A stretch of 64,000 nucleotides of DNA. It comes from a virus. The stretch is taken from IMG/VR virus record IMGVR_UViG_3300048839_001082, positions 17,523 through 81,522 of that record; one strand, given 5' to 3'. The notes beneath the pieces are model-generated. The model worked only from the letters and a program-made list of their open reading frames with translations, was not told the DNA's origin and searched no databases. Below, in pieces: positions 20,346 to 29,513 of the stretch (positions are counted from its first letter, which is position 1; every line of letters starts with the position of its first letter). The position numbers and the translations under genes were made by a program.

Positions 20346-20459
20346 ATGAACAAACAAAAAGGTTTCACGATTTTTGAGTTGATCGCAGCACTCGCCACTG
20401 TGGGTATTTTCAGTGTTGTAGCTTACGTGTTATTTCATTTCATCAGCAAGTTCTGGTGA
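20346..20459 (+). CDS. 37-aa type IV prepilin-like peptide
   Basis: MNKQKG|FTIFE followed by a hydrophobic helix (class III signal, G-F-x-x-x-E); RBS AAGG. Too short for the ORF track. Confidence 0.7.
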   Translation: MNKQKGFTIFELIAALATVGIFSVVAYVLFHFISKFW

Positions 20460-20464
20460 TTCGA

Positions 20465-20541
20465 GGGCCGTTAGCTCAGTCGGTAAGAGCAGCGGACTCA
20501 TAATCCGTTGGTCGTTGGTTCAAGTCCAACACGGCCTACCA
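20465..20541 (+). tRNA. tRNA with CAT anticodon, probably tRNA-Ile2 (lysidine type)
   Basis: Cloverleaf with CT-CAT-AA loop and CCA; body resembles ileX-type rather than initiator tRNA. Confidence 0.85.
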
Positions 20542-20556
20542 ATAAGGAGATAGTTC

Positions 20557-20676
20557 TTGAAAGAGCTCTACAAACCCTTAACCGAAAAGGAAGAAAAACT
20601 CGGTGTGATACTAAGGGCCATCACTGTTGTTGGGCTCACGGTTTTTTGGGCTTTTGTAATTGCATATCAATTTTAA
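20557..20676 (+). CDS. Small membrane peptide (39 aa)
   Basis: AAGGAG RBS, TTG start, C-terminal hydrophobic helix. Confidence 0.45.
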   Translation: MKELYKPLTEKEEKLGVILRAITVVGLTVFWAFVIAYQF

Positions 20677-20679
20677 ACA

Positions 20680-20704
20680 GCGCGTAAATCAGTATCTTAT
20701 ATGA
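20680..20704 (+). promoter_or_regulatory. Candidate phage RNAP promoter, copy 2
   Basis: gcgcgtaaatcaGTATCTTATATGA matches 16908-16932. Confidence 0.55.
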
Positions 20705-20735
20705 AGAGATCCCTCTTCTAACTTTGGAGTAAAAG

Positions 20736-21035
20736 ATGACCTCTTTCCAATGGATCAGTTTGTTGGTGACATTCACGATCAGTTACATTTACGGATTTGT
20801 GTTGAGCATTTTCTTCATGAGTCTGTTCCTGAGCATTGGTGTGGAAGCATTGGCGGCGGTGCTTTTGGCGACCGGCGCGACCTTCCTTGTCACTCTCGGA
20901 ACGATCAACCCACTCATGACAGTTTGTGAGAATGCTTCGACACTCGCTTACAGTGCATACGATAACATCCGAAAGGGTGTGAAGAGTCTTCGGAAGTCTC
21001 CGAAGAAGGATAACGTATTTATTCTCAACTTTTGA
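20736..21035 (+). CDS. Membrane protein
   Basis: Long hydrophobic N-terminus, basic C-terminus. Confidence 0.65.
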   Translation: MTSFQWISLLVTFTISYIYGFVLSIFFMSLFLSIGVEALAAVLLATGATFLVTLGTINPLMTVCENASTLAYSAYDNIRKGVKSLRKSPKKDNVFILNF

Positions 21036-21045
21036 AGGAGATGTC

Positions 21046-21291
21046 ATGTTCAAGACTATTGTTAATTTTCTCTTCAGTGGCCTGAGTTTCGCATGGTTCG
21101 TTCTGCTTCTCGGTGGGCTGATCACCATGTTGACCGCGCCTTCGCTGTTCGGTTTCGTGCTCGTCACGGCGGGTGCGTTGGCCACCCTCAAACTGGCCGT
21201 GGCAATCGCGTTCGGTGTCGGCGGCTTGCTCGGCGCCGGTGCGCATTATCTACGGCGGCGTTTGACAGGGCATAAGTTCGAGCAAGTATGA
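21046..21291 (+). CDS. Membrane protein
   Basis: AAGGAG RBS; almost entirely hydrophobic. Confidence 0.65.
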   Translation: MFKTIVNFLFSGLSFAWFVLLLGGLITMLTAPSLFGFVLVTAGALATLKLAVAIAFGVGGLLGAGAHYLRRRLTGHKFEQV

Positions 21292-21515
21292 TCGCATCTT
21301 TAAAACGTGCGGTGCTGGCCATGACAGTAGTGCTGTTTATCGGAATGCTTTTAGCGTTCTTTAGTGCACCTGTTTTCTTAGGGTTCACTATCATAACAGC
21401 CTCTGTCGTGGCCACAGTGACCACATATGCTCTGCTGGCATTTACAGTTACCTTCCTTTGGGAATGGTTGAGGAAAAAGAATGCAAAACATTCAAACAAT
21501 CAATCGACCGCCTGA
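21288..21515 (+). CDS. Membrane protein
   Basis: ATGA overlap; hydrophobic with a basic tail. Confidence 0.6.
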   Translation: MIASLKRAVLAMTVVLFIGMLLAFFSAPVFLGFTIITASVVATVTTYALLAFTVTFLWEWLRKKNAKHSNNQSTA

Positions 21516-21780
21516 AATACTGGTAGAAGGATTCTTTGCAACGCGCAAAGATTATCCAGATATCAGTAAGCAATTTTTGGATGAGCAATCGTTCAAACAG
21601 AGTGTGAGAAGATTTACTGCTGATGATCTATACATTACAGACATAGAAAAACTAAAAGGAAATCTTTTGAATGCAATCGAGGTAGTAGGTGTTATACAGC
21701 TGTCAGGGTCGCTCATCCCATTCTTCGTCACGAAGGAAAAAGCAAAACAATTGCGAATGTTGATTGGTAGACGGAGTTGA
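21481..21780 (+). CDS. Hypothetical protein
   Basis: GAGG RBS. Confidence 0.6.
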   Translation: MQNIQTINRPPEILVEGFFATRKDYPDISKQFLDEQSFKQSVRRFTADDLYITDIEKLKGNLLNAIEVVGVIQLSGSLIPFFVTKEKAKQLRMLIGRRS

Positions 21781-21789
21781 TAAAATAAA

Positions 21790-21840
21790 CTACCAAGCAC
21801 CTTAAAAAGGTGCTTGGTAGAGTTCCCTATTTTTTTTTTT
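21790..21840 (+). terminator. Hairpin plus T run (terminator or processing site)
   Basis: ctaccaagcacct/aggtgcttggtag 13-bp stem; T run at 21830-21840. Confidence 0.6.
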
Positions 21841-22072
21841 CGAAAGGGCAATGTGAGCGAGAATGAAATCAAGGGCGTGCATTTTTTGATGATTGTGATT
21901 ACCTTGATTGTTCTTTCTCCTTTGTCATTTGAAATGTCGGTATTAGTGTCGATTTTAATCTATATGTATCAGAAAGAAATGACCAAATGAAAATTTTGAT
22001 CTTGCTGTTTTTATTGTATGTAATTCCAAAAATTGTCAGTAAACTTAAATAAATTGTAAATCAGGAGTCGTC

Positions 22073-23639
22073 TTGAAATCGAGAGTAGTGGCTTCATTGA
22101 CTCGGAGAATTACCACTGAAGCTGTTCTGCAAGCTCAGTTACGATTCTTAAAAGAGCATGATGTGAACTCTTATGTAAATACTGTAATTTCTACATTATA
22201 CTTGTACACAAGACCTAAAAAGGGTTACGAAACAACTTCTGTTTACATGGCTGAATTGATTTCTGCCTTGGGTCATGGTGTGCGAACAAAACTTAAGCTC
22301 AAAAGAGACTCCAATGCCGCTGCTAAACTAGGTGCATTTTTATTATATACATTCGAAGAACTTGGTTATATAAAAGTGATATTGGGTGTGGGAACGAGAC
22401 ACGCCACTTATATCGTGACTGTAACCAATGACAATGCAATAGTATCGATGTGGAGTGCGATGGAAGCTTCTCATATTGAGAAATTACCGTCCGGAACTCC
22501 ATATGCTCCTTGGACCAGCACAAAACATAATGCTGGAATTCGAATGGTGAAGACTAATGATAAAGGAGTACTTGATAAAATCGCTCCTGAAACTCATCCA
22601 ATTTTATTCAATGTACTTAACAAAGCTCAAGCCGTCGGTTGGAGAATTCATAAAGAGATTTACGACCTTCATGCATGGGCGCTAAGGAATAAAACGGATG
22701 CATTTGCCGATATTTGGGAACAACAAAATCCCGAAGCGAAGGCTACGAAAATAAGAGAAGTTAAAGCCATCGGCGAAATGGCAAAGAAGTTTCTTAACAG
22801 TCCAATATATCATCTCTATTATTATGATTTTCGTGGTAGGAAATACACGAATACAGCTTATTTACATGAACAGGGTAATGATCTGGCCAGAGCTTTACTC
22901 CAAAGAATTGACGAGAAGAAAATAGGCAGAGCAGGTTATTGGTGGATGCTGGTATCAATTGCGTCAAATTGGGGTGGTGATTCTGGCAGACTTGATGGAC
23001 TAAAAACTGATAAGATTCCCCTTCAAGAACGTTATTTATGGGCGTTAGATAATGAAGATATTTTATTGGCATATGCTGAAAAGCCTAAGGTACATCAAGG
23101 TTGGATGAAGGCTGACAAACCTTGGCAGTTTCTCGCAGGATGCATTGAGCTAAAAAGACTCAGAGAATGGCAGTATCAATACGGCAGTGTTAAAAACCCA
23201 TTTGAAGATTATAATTATGAATCTCACATGGAAGCCTACATTGATGGTAGCAATAATGGTTCTCAACATCTGGCTGCTTTGACGCTGGATGAAGTCACGG
23301 CGCCTCACGTAAATTTGGTTCCGTTAGAACTTCCAGGAGATCTCTATTCTTATGTGGCCGGACATGTATGGGACCATCTGCATGAGCTCTTGAAAGATTA
23401 TCCAGAAGAAGAACGTGAAGACTGTGAAATCTTTATCGATAACTTGATAGAATTGAAGAAGAAGATAACTGCGGCCGAGCCTAAAAGCGATGTGAGAAGA
23501 GAATTAATAGCTTCGATTCAAACTTTTAAAGAGGCTAATCAATATATTCTAGATAAATCTGCCGCGGTGTATTGGTACAGGATCGAAGATAATAAGCACA
23601 AAAGAAAGATCGTGAAGAGAAACGCGATGACAATTCCGT
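22073..23639 (+). CDS. T7-like single-subunit RNA polymerase, exon 1
   Basis: DFRGRKY, DKPWQFLA, motif A YIDGSNNGSQHL, and the start of motif B RKIVKRNAMTIP. Confidence 0.92.
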
Positions 23640-24149
23640 TGTAAAGGCGGAAGTAAAAGAGGGTGAATTCAGTGGACATCCATTCGCTGTGGACAATACT
23701 GAGCCGAGCCGTTTAAACGGAAGGTGCAACGACTATCATGTAGGGCAGAAGTCTGCTCGAAGCCCCCTCCACTCCTTGAGTGATGATATAGTCTGGTCTG
23801 CATAGTAATATGCAGCTGTATTAAGCAATTGGTATGAATATGAATTGGAACGAAATCTTTATCTACAACGCAGATGGCAGTTTAACGAGGCGTTATTCAA
23901 ATAATCAGCATAATACTGTTGGCTGGATAAATAGTTCAGGTTACAGAGGTGTTGTTAGAACTAAAAATAATAAATTTCAAGCACGTTTAACGCTAGAAGG
24001 TAAAAAGCTTTACTTAGGCTTGTTCGATACGCCCAAGGAAGCTTTTGATTGTGTTGAAACTACACGTAAAGAGTTGTACGGCGAATTTGCAACTCTTAGA
24101 TAAATTGCTTAATACGGGTGAAGATTAACGAACTTCATTGAACACAACG
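23640..24149 (+). mobile_element. Group I intron (510 nt) in the RNA polymerase gene
   Basis: P1 UUCCGU/GCGGAA with U.G at the splice site; core elements aattcagtgg, aatactgagc, caacgacta, gatatagtc; terminal G at 24149. Splicing restores T|AT (Tyr) and the reading frame. Confidence 0.92.
23834..24103 (+). CDS. Intron-encoded degenerate HNH-AP2 endonuclease (AP2 domain only)
   Basis: SGYRGV..KFQARL...KKLYLGLFDTPKEA...LYGEFA is AP2-like; no HR/DH/N HNH core; enclosed by a 15-bp stem (23816-23830/24103-24117). Confidence 0.7.
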   Translation: MNMNWNEIFIYNADGSLTRRYSNNQHNTVGWINSSGYRGVVRTKNNKFQARLTLEGKKLYLGLFDTPKEAFDCVETTRKELYGEFATLR

Positions 24150-24829
24150 ATGGTGGAACAAGTTATGGAATGGGGCAGCAGATAATTGATGATTCTAGAA
24201 AACACGGTATTGACCAGTTACTCTATTTAGAACATAAATGGGGTGCCTTCTTGGGTAGAGCCGTCTTTAATGATTGTCGATTATCTTTAAAACGCCCTAT
24301 GAAGCTGTTATCAATTTTTGAAGAAGCCGGAAAGAAAGCCGAGAAACAAGGTAGATTTCTGTCTTGGACAGTGCCTATAACAAATTTCCCAGTAGTTCAA
24401 CACTACACAGAAGGTGTGGTGAAGAAGGTCTGGTGTCAATATGGTCCTCCTAGGGGTCCTCGACTCAGTACAAATTACTTCGAAAACACTTACCAAATTT
24501 CTATTTCTTTCATCGAAGAACGTGTGCCTTCCCGAAATAAACAATCTCAAGGTGCGAGTCCCAATGCCATTCATAGCTTAGATGCAGCTCATTTGGCGTT
24601 GACCGTTGAAAGATGTGATTTCCCAGTAACTACCATTCATGATAGTTTCGGGTGTTTATTAGCTGACATGCCTGTTTTGTTCAGGACGGTTAGAGAGACT
24701 TTTGTTGAACTTTATAATGCCAATCCGTTAGAGCATTTAATGAAAGACTTAGGCTGCAATATCAATGATGTGGATAGAGGTACGCTAGATATTTCACTAA
24801 TACTCGAATCTGAGTATGCATTTTCATAG
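24150..24829 (+). CDS. T7-like RNA polymerase, exon 2 (spliced product 748 aa)
   Basis: (Y)GGTSYGM, SPNAIHSLDAAHL, motif C TIHDSFG. Confidence 0.92.
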
Positions 24830-24836
24830 GATCAAA

Positions 24837-25265
24837 ATGAGATTTATTACTGACGTTTCTCAAGTGTACCGTATGGCTGGTTTAGAACATGAGTGTCCAG
24901 TTACCTTCTCTGCGACTTCATTCCCACCATATGAGTACAATCTCAAAATCCCCAAAGCTGTTGGTAAACGCTTGATTGAAAGCTTTGAAGGAGTAACACT
25001 CTATCCTGGTCGAGATTTTTTGAATGATGATGGTGGATTTGCAATAATTCTCGATTCTAAAAAGGACCTTTCAGATTCGAGATTTGGATTGCCGGATCTT
25101 AATGTCGCTGAAGCTGTTCGATTGATAAATACCGAAAATAAAGAAAGATGGGCAAGTGTACTATTTATCACGAACAATGAAACAGGCATTGAGTATGTCT
25201 TTAATATTGATCTCTTGAATGAAGAGCAATTGGTCCAGCTTCTTCATATGCACCAGGAAGATTGA
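24837..25265 (+). CDS. Hypothetical protein
   Basis: AGGA RBS before ATG 24837. Confidence 0.6.
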   Translation: MRFITDVSQVYRMAGLEHECPVTFSATSFPPYEYNLKIPKAVGKRLIESFEGVTLYPGRDFLNDDGGFAIILDSKKDLSDSRFGLPDLNVAEAVRLINTENKERWASVLFITNNETGIEYVFNIDLLNEEQLVQLLHMHQED

Positions 25266-25498
25266 TGAACAAACTCAACATCTTGTTTGAAGGATCTCAA
25301 GGCGTCCTCTTTTCAGTTTCTCCCGAACAATTGCCGGGGTTGTTATTGAATTGTCAATTCGTGAAGAAAGAATACGATTATGAGTTACATAAATACGTAT
25401 TCACGAAAGTTGATAAAGATACATCAATAAGCATTGTTCGTGAAGAGGATATGCCTTCTTCACCCCCAACGGAGATTCCCGTTGAATCTCCTTTTTAG
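25262..25498 (+). CDS. Hypothetical protein
   Basis: Coupled ORF. Confidence 0.5.
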   Translation: MMNKLNILFEGSQGVLFSVSPEQLPGLLLNCQFVKKEYDYELHKYVFTKVDKDTSISIVREEDMPSSPPTEIPVESPF

Positions 25499-25579
25499 AT
25501 CGTCAAAACAATTTCAGTTAAAATTGCTGTTGACTAAACCCTAAAGGGGACTTTCTATTTCAACATTTTAAGGTAAATA

Positions 25580-26107
25580 ATGACAATTCTGAAAGACTGC
25601 CAATTGTGGTTCGTGAAGGCAAACCCTAAGTACCCTAATGATAAGTTTAATAAAAAGAATCCGACATGGGAATGTCAGATTCGTACAGAAAGTAAAGAAC
25701 AGAAGAAGCTTTGGGAAGATCTAAAGCTCGGCGTGAAGGCAGTCGTACCCGATGAAGGTGCTCCTTTCTACCGTGTTAATTTACGTAAGAAGTCTATTAA
25801 AGAAGATGGAACACCTGCTTCTACAGTGATCACCGTCAGTGGAAAAATGGTTGACGGAAAGCTAGAGGAAGTCAATCCTGATTCTATTGGAAACGGCTCT
25901 ATTGGTAATGTTAGAATCTTCCAATATGAGTATGAGAAGGAAGTAGGTGGTAAGGGTGTTGCTACAGTACTGATGGGTATTCAAGTCACTAAGCACATTG
26001 TGTATAAGCCTAAGAAGAGAAGCGATGATTTCGGTGAAGCAGATACTGAGACCATCGGCGAATTCGATGAAGAGGCTGTGCCTGAAGATGACGACGTAAA
26101 ATATTAA
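25580..26107 (+). CDS. Single-stranded DNA-binding protein (T7 gp2.5-like)
   Basis: IGNGSIGNV motif, acidic C-terminal tail ending in an aromatic residue, position in the replication module. Confidence 0.75.
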   Translation: MTILKDCQLWFVKANPKYPNDKFNKKNPTWECQIRTESKEQKKLWEDLKLGVKAVVPDEGAPFYRVNLRKKSIKEDGTPASTVITVSGKMVDGKLEEVNPDSIGNGSIGNVRIFQYEYEKEVGGKGVATVLMGIQVTKHIVYKPKKRSDDFGEADTETIGEFDEEAVPEDDDVKY

Positions 26108-26110
26108 AAA

Positions 26111-26130
26111 GAGGGGACTTCGGTCCCCTT
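26111..26130 (+). terminator. cUUCGg hairpin ggggac-ttcg-gtcccc
   Basis: Same hairpin recurs at 38750-38767; both are intergenic. Confidence 0.5.
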
Positions 26131-26149
26131 AAAATTCAAAAGGATAATT

Positions 26150-26689
26150 ATGACTGTTCCGTTGCAGAAAAAAGATCCATTCGAGCGCTTTCGTGATCTT
26201 GAGAAATTTCCTGATGATAAAAAGAAAGATCCTACTGATAGATTTACTGATCATTACACAGACCATCTCGCGAAAGATTATAGAACACAAGCGCCTATCG
26301 AAATGACTTCTGTTGATTTGGGAAATTGGGCAGCTGAAGACGATGCCGATAAACGTTTCAGCAATGCTCTGGCCCGTGATAACAACGAAATGATCGAAAA
26401 AGACCTAATCGCGGCCGCCGTTAACCCTTCACACCACAAAGGATTTATTGATGACCTTCAATGGATTGATGTGATGTCACGCATACCACGATATCGAAAC
26501 AATCCTGAGGCTTTTAAAGGTGCCGTAGAACTTCAAATTCGAAAGTATCTGGATAGAAATGGTCGTAAAGATAACGAACTCCAAGAGCTCCTCAAAGGGC
26601 TTTGGTACTACAAGTATCTTTGCGCTTATATAAAGAATGGCTGCAAACCCATTCGAGGTGATGACGTGGAGAGGATTCTAGCGAAATGA
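26150..26689 (+). CDS. DUF3310 / T7 gp1.7-like nucleotide kinase domain protein
   Basis: VNPSHH..QWID...KYLDRNGRKD..QELLKGLWY. Confidence 0.6.
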   Translation: MTVPLQKKDPFERFRDLEKFPDDKKKDPTDRFTDHYTDHLAKDYRTQAPIEMTSVDLGNWAAEDDADKRFSNALARDNNEMIEKDLIAAAVNPSHHKGFIDDLQWIDVMSRIPRYRNNPEAFKGAVELQIRKYLDRNGRKDNELQELLKGLWYYKYLCAYIKNGCKPIRGDDVERILAK

Positions 26690-28638
26690 GCTTCGAGAAG
26701 ATTCTGTTTGACATAGAAACGGATGGATTGCTTGACACTTGCACACGTATGTGGATACTTCATGCCGTAGATCTGAAAACGGGTGAAATGAAAGAGTATC
26801 TTGAAGGTGACCTGGGTTGGCAGGATCTTCTCAGCAATGCCAAGCATGTCATCGGCCATAATGTTATCGGGTTTGATTTACAGGCCTTAAAGAAACTATT
26901 CGATTTCGACTTAAAGAGTGATTGTCAAATTACCGACACGATGATCTTATCATTGGTCTTAAATTACAGAAGATTTGGTGATGACGGTCATAGTCTTGAG
27001 GCTTGGGGCAAGTTTCTAAAACAACCTAAACAAGAGCATGAAGATTGGACACAATTCTCAGAAGAAATGAGAACAAGATGCCGTTCAGACGTTCAATTGA
27101 ATATTAAGGTTTATGAAATTGTCAGAAAAGAGTTGGTTGCATTATCAACTAAAGCCCCTCAGATAATTCATTATTTAGATGCCGAACATTACACAGCTGA
27201 ATGGTGCGCTCAAGCCGAAAGAGAGGGTTGGCCGTTCGATATGGAAAAGGCATCCATTCTTCAGCCAAAGCTTGAAGCTTCAGTACAATTAGCATATGAA
27301 GCACTATCCGCAAAACTGGGAACTAAAACAGTCGCCATCGATAAGAAGAATGGAGAAGTACTTCCTAAAAAACCAAAGTGGACTAAAGACGGTTTCTATG
27401 ATGCGCATACTTGTCGATGGTTTGATATAGAACCACCTTCAGGTTTTGAAGGTGAAGAAAGAATGGTTTTAGGGCCATACTCTCGTATTAAGTTTGAACC
27501 GTTGTCTCTAGATTCTGTTACCGATGTAAAAATCTTTCTTAATAGAAATGGATGGAAGCCTACTCAATGGAATTACAAAACTGAATTCGATGATGAAACC
27601 GGAAGATACAAGAGAATAAAGACATCTCCCAAAATCACTGAGGATTCTTTGGAGTTTCTTGGTGGTGATGGTAAACTCTATTCGGATTTTGCGGTAGCAA
27701 GATCCAGATTGAGTATTTTAAAAACATGGATTGAAGCGGCTAAAAAAGATGGAAAAGTACATGGTGGCGCTTTCCCCATTGGGACTCCTAGTTTCCGTGC
27801 AAGGCATAGCATTATCGTTAATGTTACTAGTGTTGATAGCGCGTGGGGAAAAGAAATGCGCGAACTCTTCACTTGTAAACCCGGCTGGAGACTTGTGGGT
27901 TGTGACAGCTCAGGTAACCAAGCTCGAGGACTTGCGCATTATCTTAAAGATGCTGCGTACATTGACACTTTACTCCATGGCGATGTTCATCGTGTTAACG
28001 CTAGGATTCTTGATTCAGTTCTTTTGGGAATGGGTATTGCCTGGGATGAATGGCTAGTCGAGCAGGGAATGACTGCCGATGAAAAGCATACTCTCGAAGA
28101 GAATATCCTGGCAAGACAAAGAAGTAATGCCAAAAGAATTCTATATGCTTTCTTATTTGGAGCTTCCGGTGAAAAACTGTGGAGTTACGTCTTCGGTGTA
28201 TTTAATAAGAGAAAAGGAAGTGAATTAAAAACAGGATTCATGAAAGCTGTTCCTGGATTTGAAGCACTAATCACCAAACTAAACGATATCTTCAATAAGA
28301 CTAAAAGAACGGGAGATGGCTACATACCGTCCATCACCGGTGCCAGAATATATGTGGATTCCCCACACAAGCTTTTAGTGTATTTATTGCAAGCCACTGA
28401 AAAAGCCACTTGCGCAGCTGCCTTAATGCTCACGGTCAAAGAGCTCAGAAAAAGAAATATTCCTTATACTCCTTGTATTTTTATGCATGATGAAATTCAA
28501 TTCCAAGTGCCTGAAGAGTATGCGGAAGAAGTGGGTAAGATCGGTAAGTTGGCCTTTAAAGAAGGTCCCAAGTTGTTCAACATTCAGATAATGGATGGTG
28601 AATATAAGATCGGTAATAATTGGTTTGAGACACATTGA
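26686..28638 (+). CDS. DNA polymerase, family A (T7 gp5-like) with 3'-5' exonuclease
   Basis: ExoI FDIETDG, ExoII GHNVIGFD, motif A GCDSSGNQAR, motif B RSNAKRILYAFLFG, motif C MHDEIQ. Confidence 0.95.
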   Translation: MSFEKILFDIETDGLLDTCTRMWILHAVDLKTGEMKEYLEGDLGWQDLLSNAKHVIGHNVIGFDLQALKKLFDFDLKSDCQITDTMILSLVLNYRRFGDDGHSLEAWGKFLKQPKQEHEDWTQFSEEMRTRCRSDVQLNIKVYEIVRKELVALSTKAPQIIHYLDAEHYTAEWCAQAEREGWPFDMEKASILQPKLEASVQLAYEALSAKLGTKTVAIDKKNGEVLPKKPKWTKDGFYDAHTCRWFDIEPPSGFEGEERMVLGPYSRIKFEPLSLDSVTDVKIFLNRNGWKPTQWNYKTEFDDETGRYKRIKTSPKITEDSLEFLGGDGKLYSDFAVARSRLSILKTWIEAAKKDGKVHGGAFPIGTPSFRARHSIIVNVTSVDSAWGKEMRELFTCKPGWRLVGCDSSGNQARGLAHYLKDAAYIDTLLHGDVHRVNARILDSVLLGMGIAWDEWLVEQGMTADEKHTLEENILARQRSNAKRILYAFLFGASGEKLWSYVFGVFNKRKGSELKTGFMKAVPGFEALITKLNDIFNKTKRTGDGYIPSITGARIYVDSPHKLLVYLLQATEKATCAAALMLTVKELRKRNIPYTPCIFMHDEIQFQVPEEYAEEVGKIGKLAFKEGPKLFNIQIMDGEYKIGNNWFETH

Positions 28639-28819
28639 CCATGCCTATTGAAATTAAAATTTTTATTACATGTTTGATTGTTTGGGTAGGCTCAATGATC
28701 ACAATCATTGAAATTAGACCGGACTCTTATACTTTCATAGATATTATTTTGAAAATTTGTTTTAGTGGAAGTTTATTTATTATGGCAGCTACAATATTAT
28801 ACAGTATTTGGAGATTTTA

Positions 28820-29044
28820 ATGGCTGAAATGAAACAATATGGAATTACGGTTAAGTTCAATGAAAGAGGTTATTGGTCGAAACCTTATACATACAAGTCC
28901 ATTGTCACATATGAAAAGAACGATATCGTAGTGGTTCCCACAGGTACATTTTATTCAGTGGGCAAAGTTCTTTCATGTGAAGAGAACTATCAATTCGATC
29001 CTAAGATTAACTATAAACACATTCATTCAAAGGTAATCCTGTGA
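28820..29044 (+). CDS. Hypothetical protein (SH3-like beta protein)
   Basis: SKPYTYKS...NDIVVVPT; GGAG RBS. Confidence 0.5.
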   Translation: MAEMKQYGITVKFNERGYWSKPYTYKSIVTYEKNDIVVVPTGTFYSVGKVLSCEENYQFDPKINYKHIHSKVIL

Positions 29045-29256
29045 AAACATTCGCTATCTCCTGGTTGCGATTTGTTGATGGTGAAATCCACATGGCCGAG
29101 TTCGAAGCGCATTCTTTATATGAAGCTATTTGTGAAGCTTTCTTCAGAGCGACGGATACGAAGTATGAAGGCATTCCAACAGCTGAAGATGTGATAGATG
29201 CAGGATATGACGATCATGAAACTGCTCTCGGAGCTATTCAAATAGGTGGAATTTAA
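29041..29256 (+). CDS. Hypothetical protein
   Basis: Coupled ORF. Confidence 0.5.
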   Translation: MKTFAISWLRFVDGEIHMAEFEAHSLYEAICEAFFRATDTKYEGIPTAEDVIDAGYDDHETALGAIQIGGI

Positions 29257-29513
29257 TGACTATCAATTTTGGTGAGCTGTTAATCGAAGCAGTCGGTGAT
29301 ATTGAAGCTCATTATGATAAGCCTGAAATTCTTCCGGTTTCTATAATTGATATAGAACGCACTGATCAAACATTTGACATGAATCACCATATGTCAGACC
29401 CTTGTCCTGAATGTGGAGGTTTTAATATGCTATTAGGGGATTGGGTTTGCTACGGCACATGCCACGTATGTTTTGAAAAACGTATGGATGAAGATGACAT
29501 TAGCAATTATTGA
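29256..29513 (+). CDS. Small zinc-finger protein
   Basis: CPECGG...CYGTCHVC. Confidence 0.5.
   Translation: MTINFGELLIEAVGDIEAHYDKPEILPVSIIDIERTDQTFDMNHHMSDPCPECGGFNMLLGDWVCYGTCHVCFEKRMDEDDISNY

Noticed and set aside
22073-24829. RNA polymerase as two independent subunits (N4 RNAPII-like) or a pseudogene
   Set aside because: The gap has a full group I core and its precise removal restores motif B in frame.
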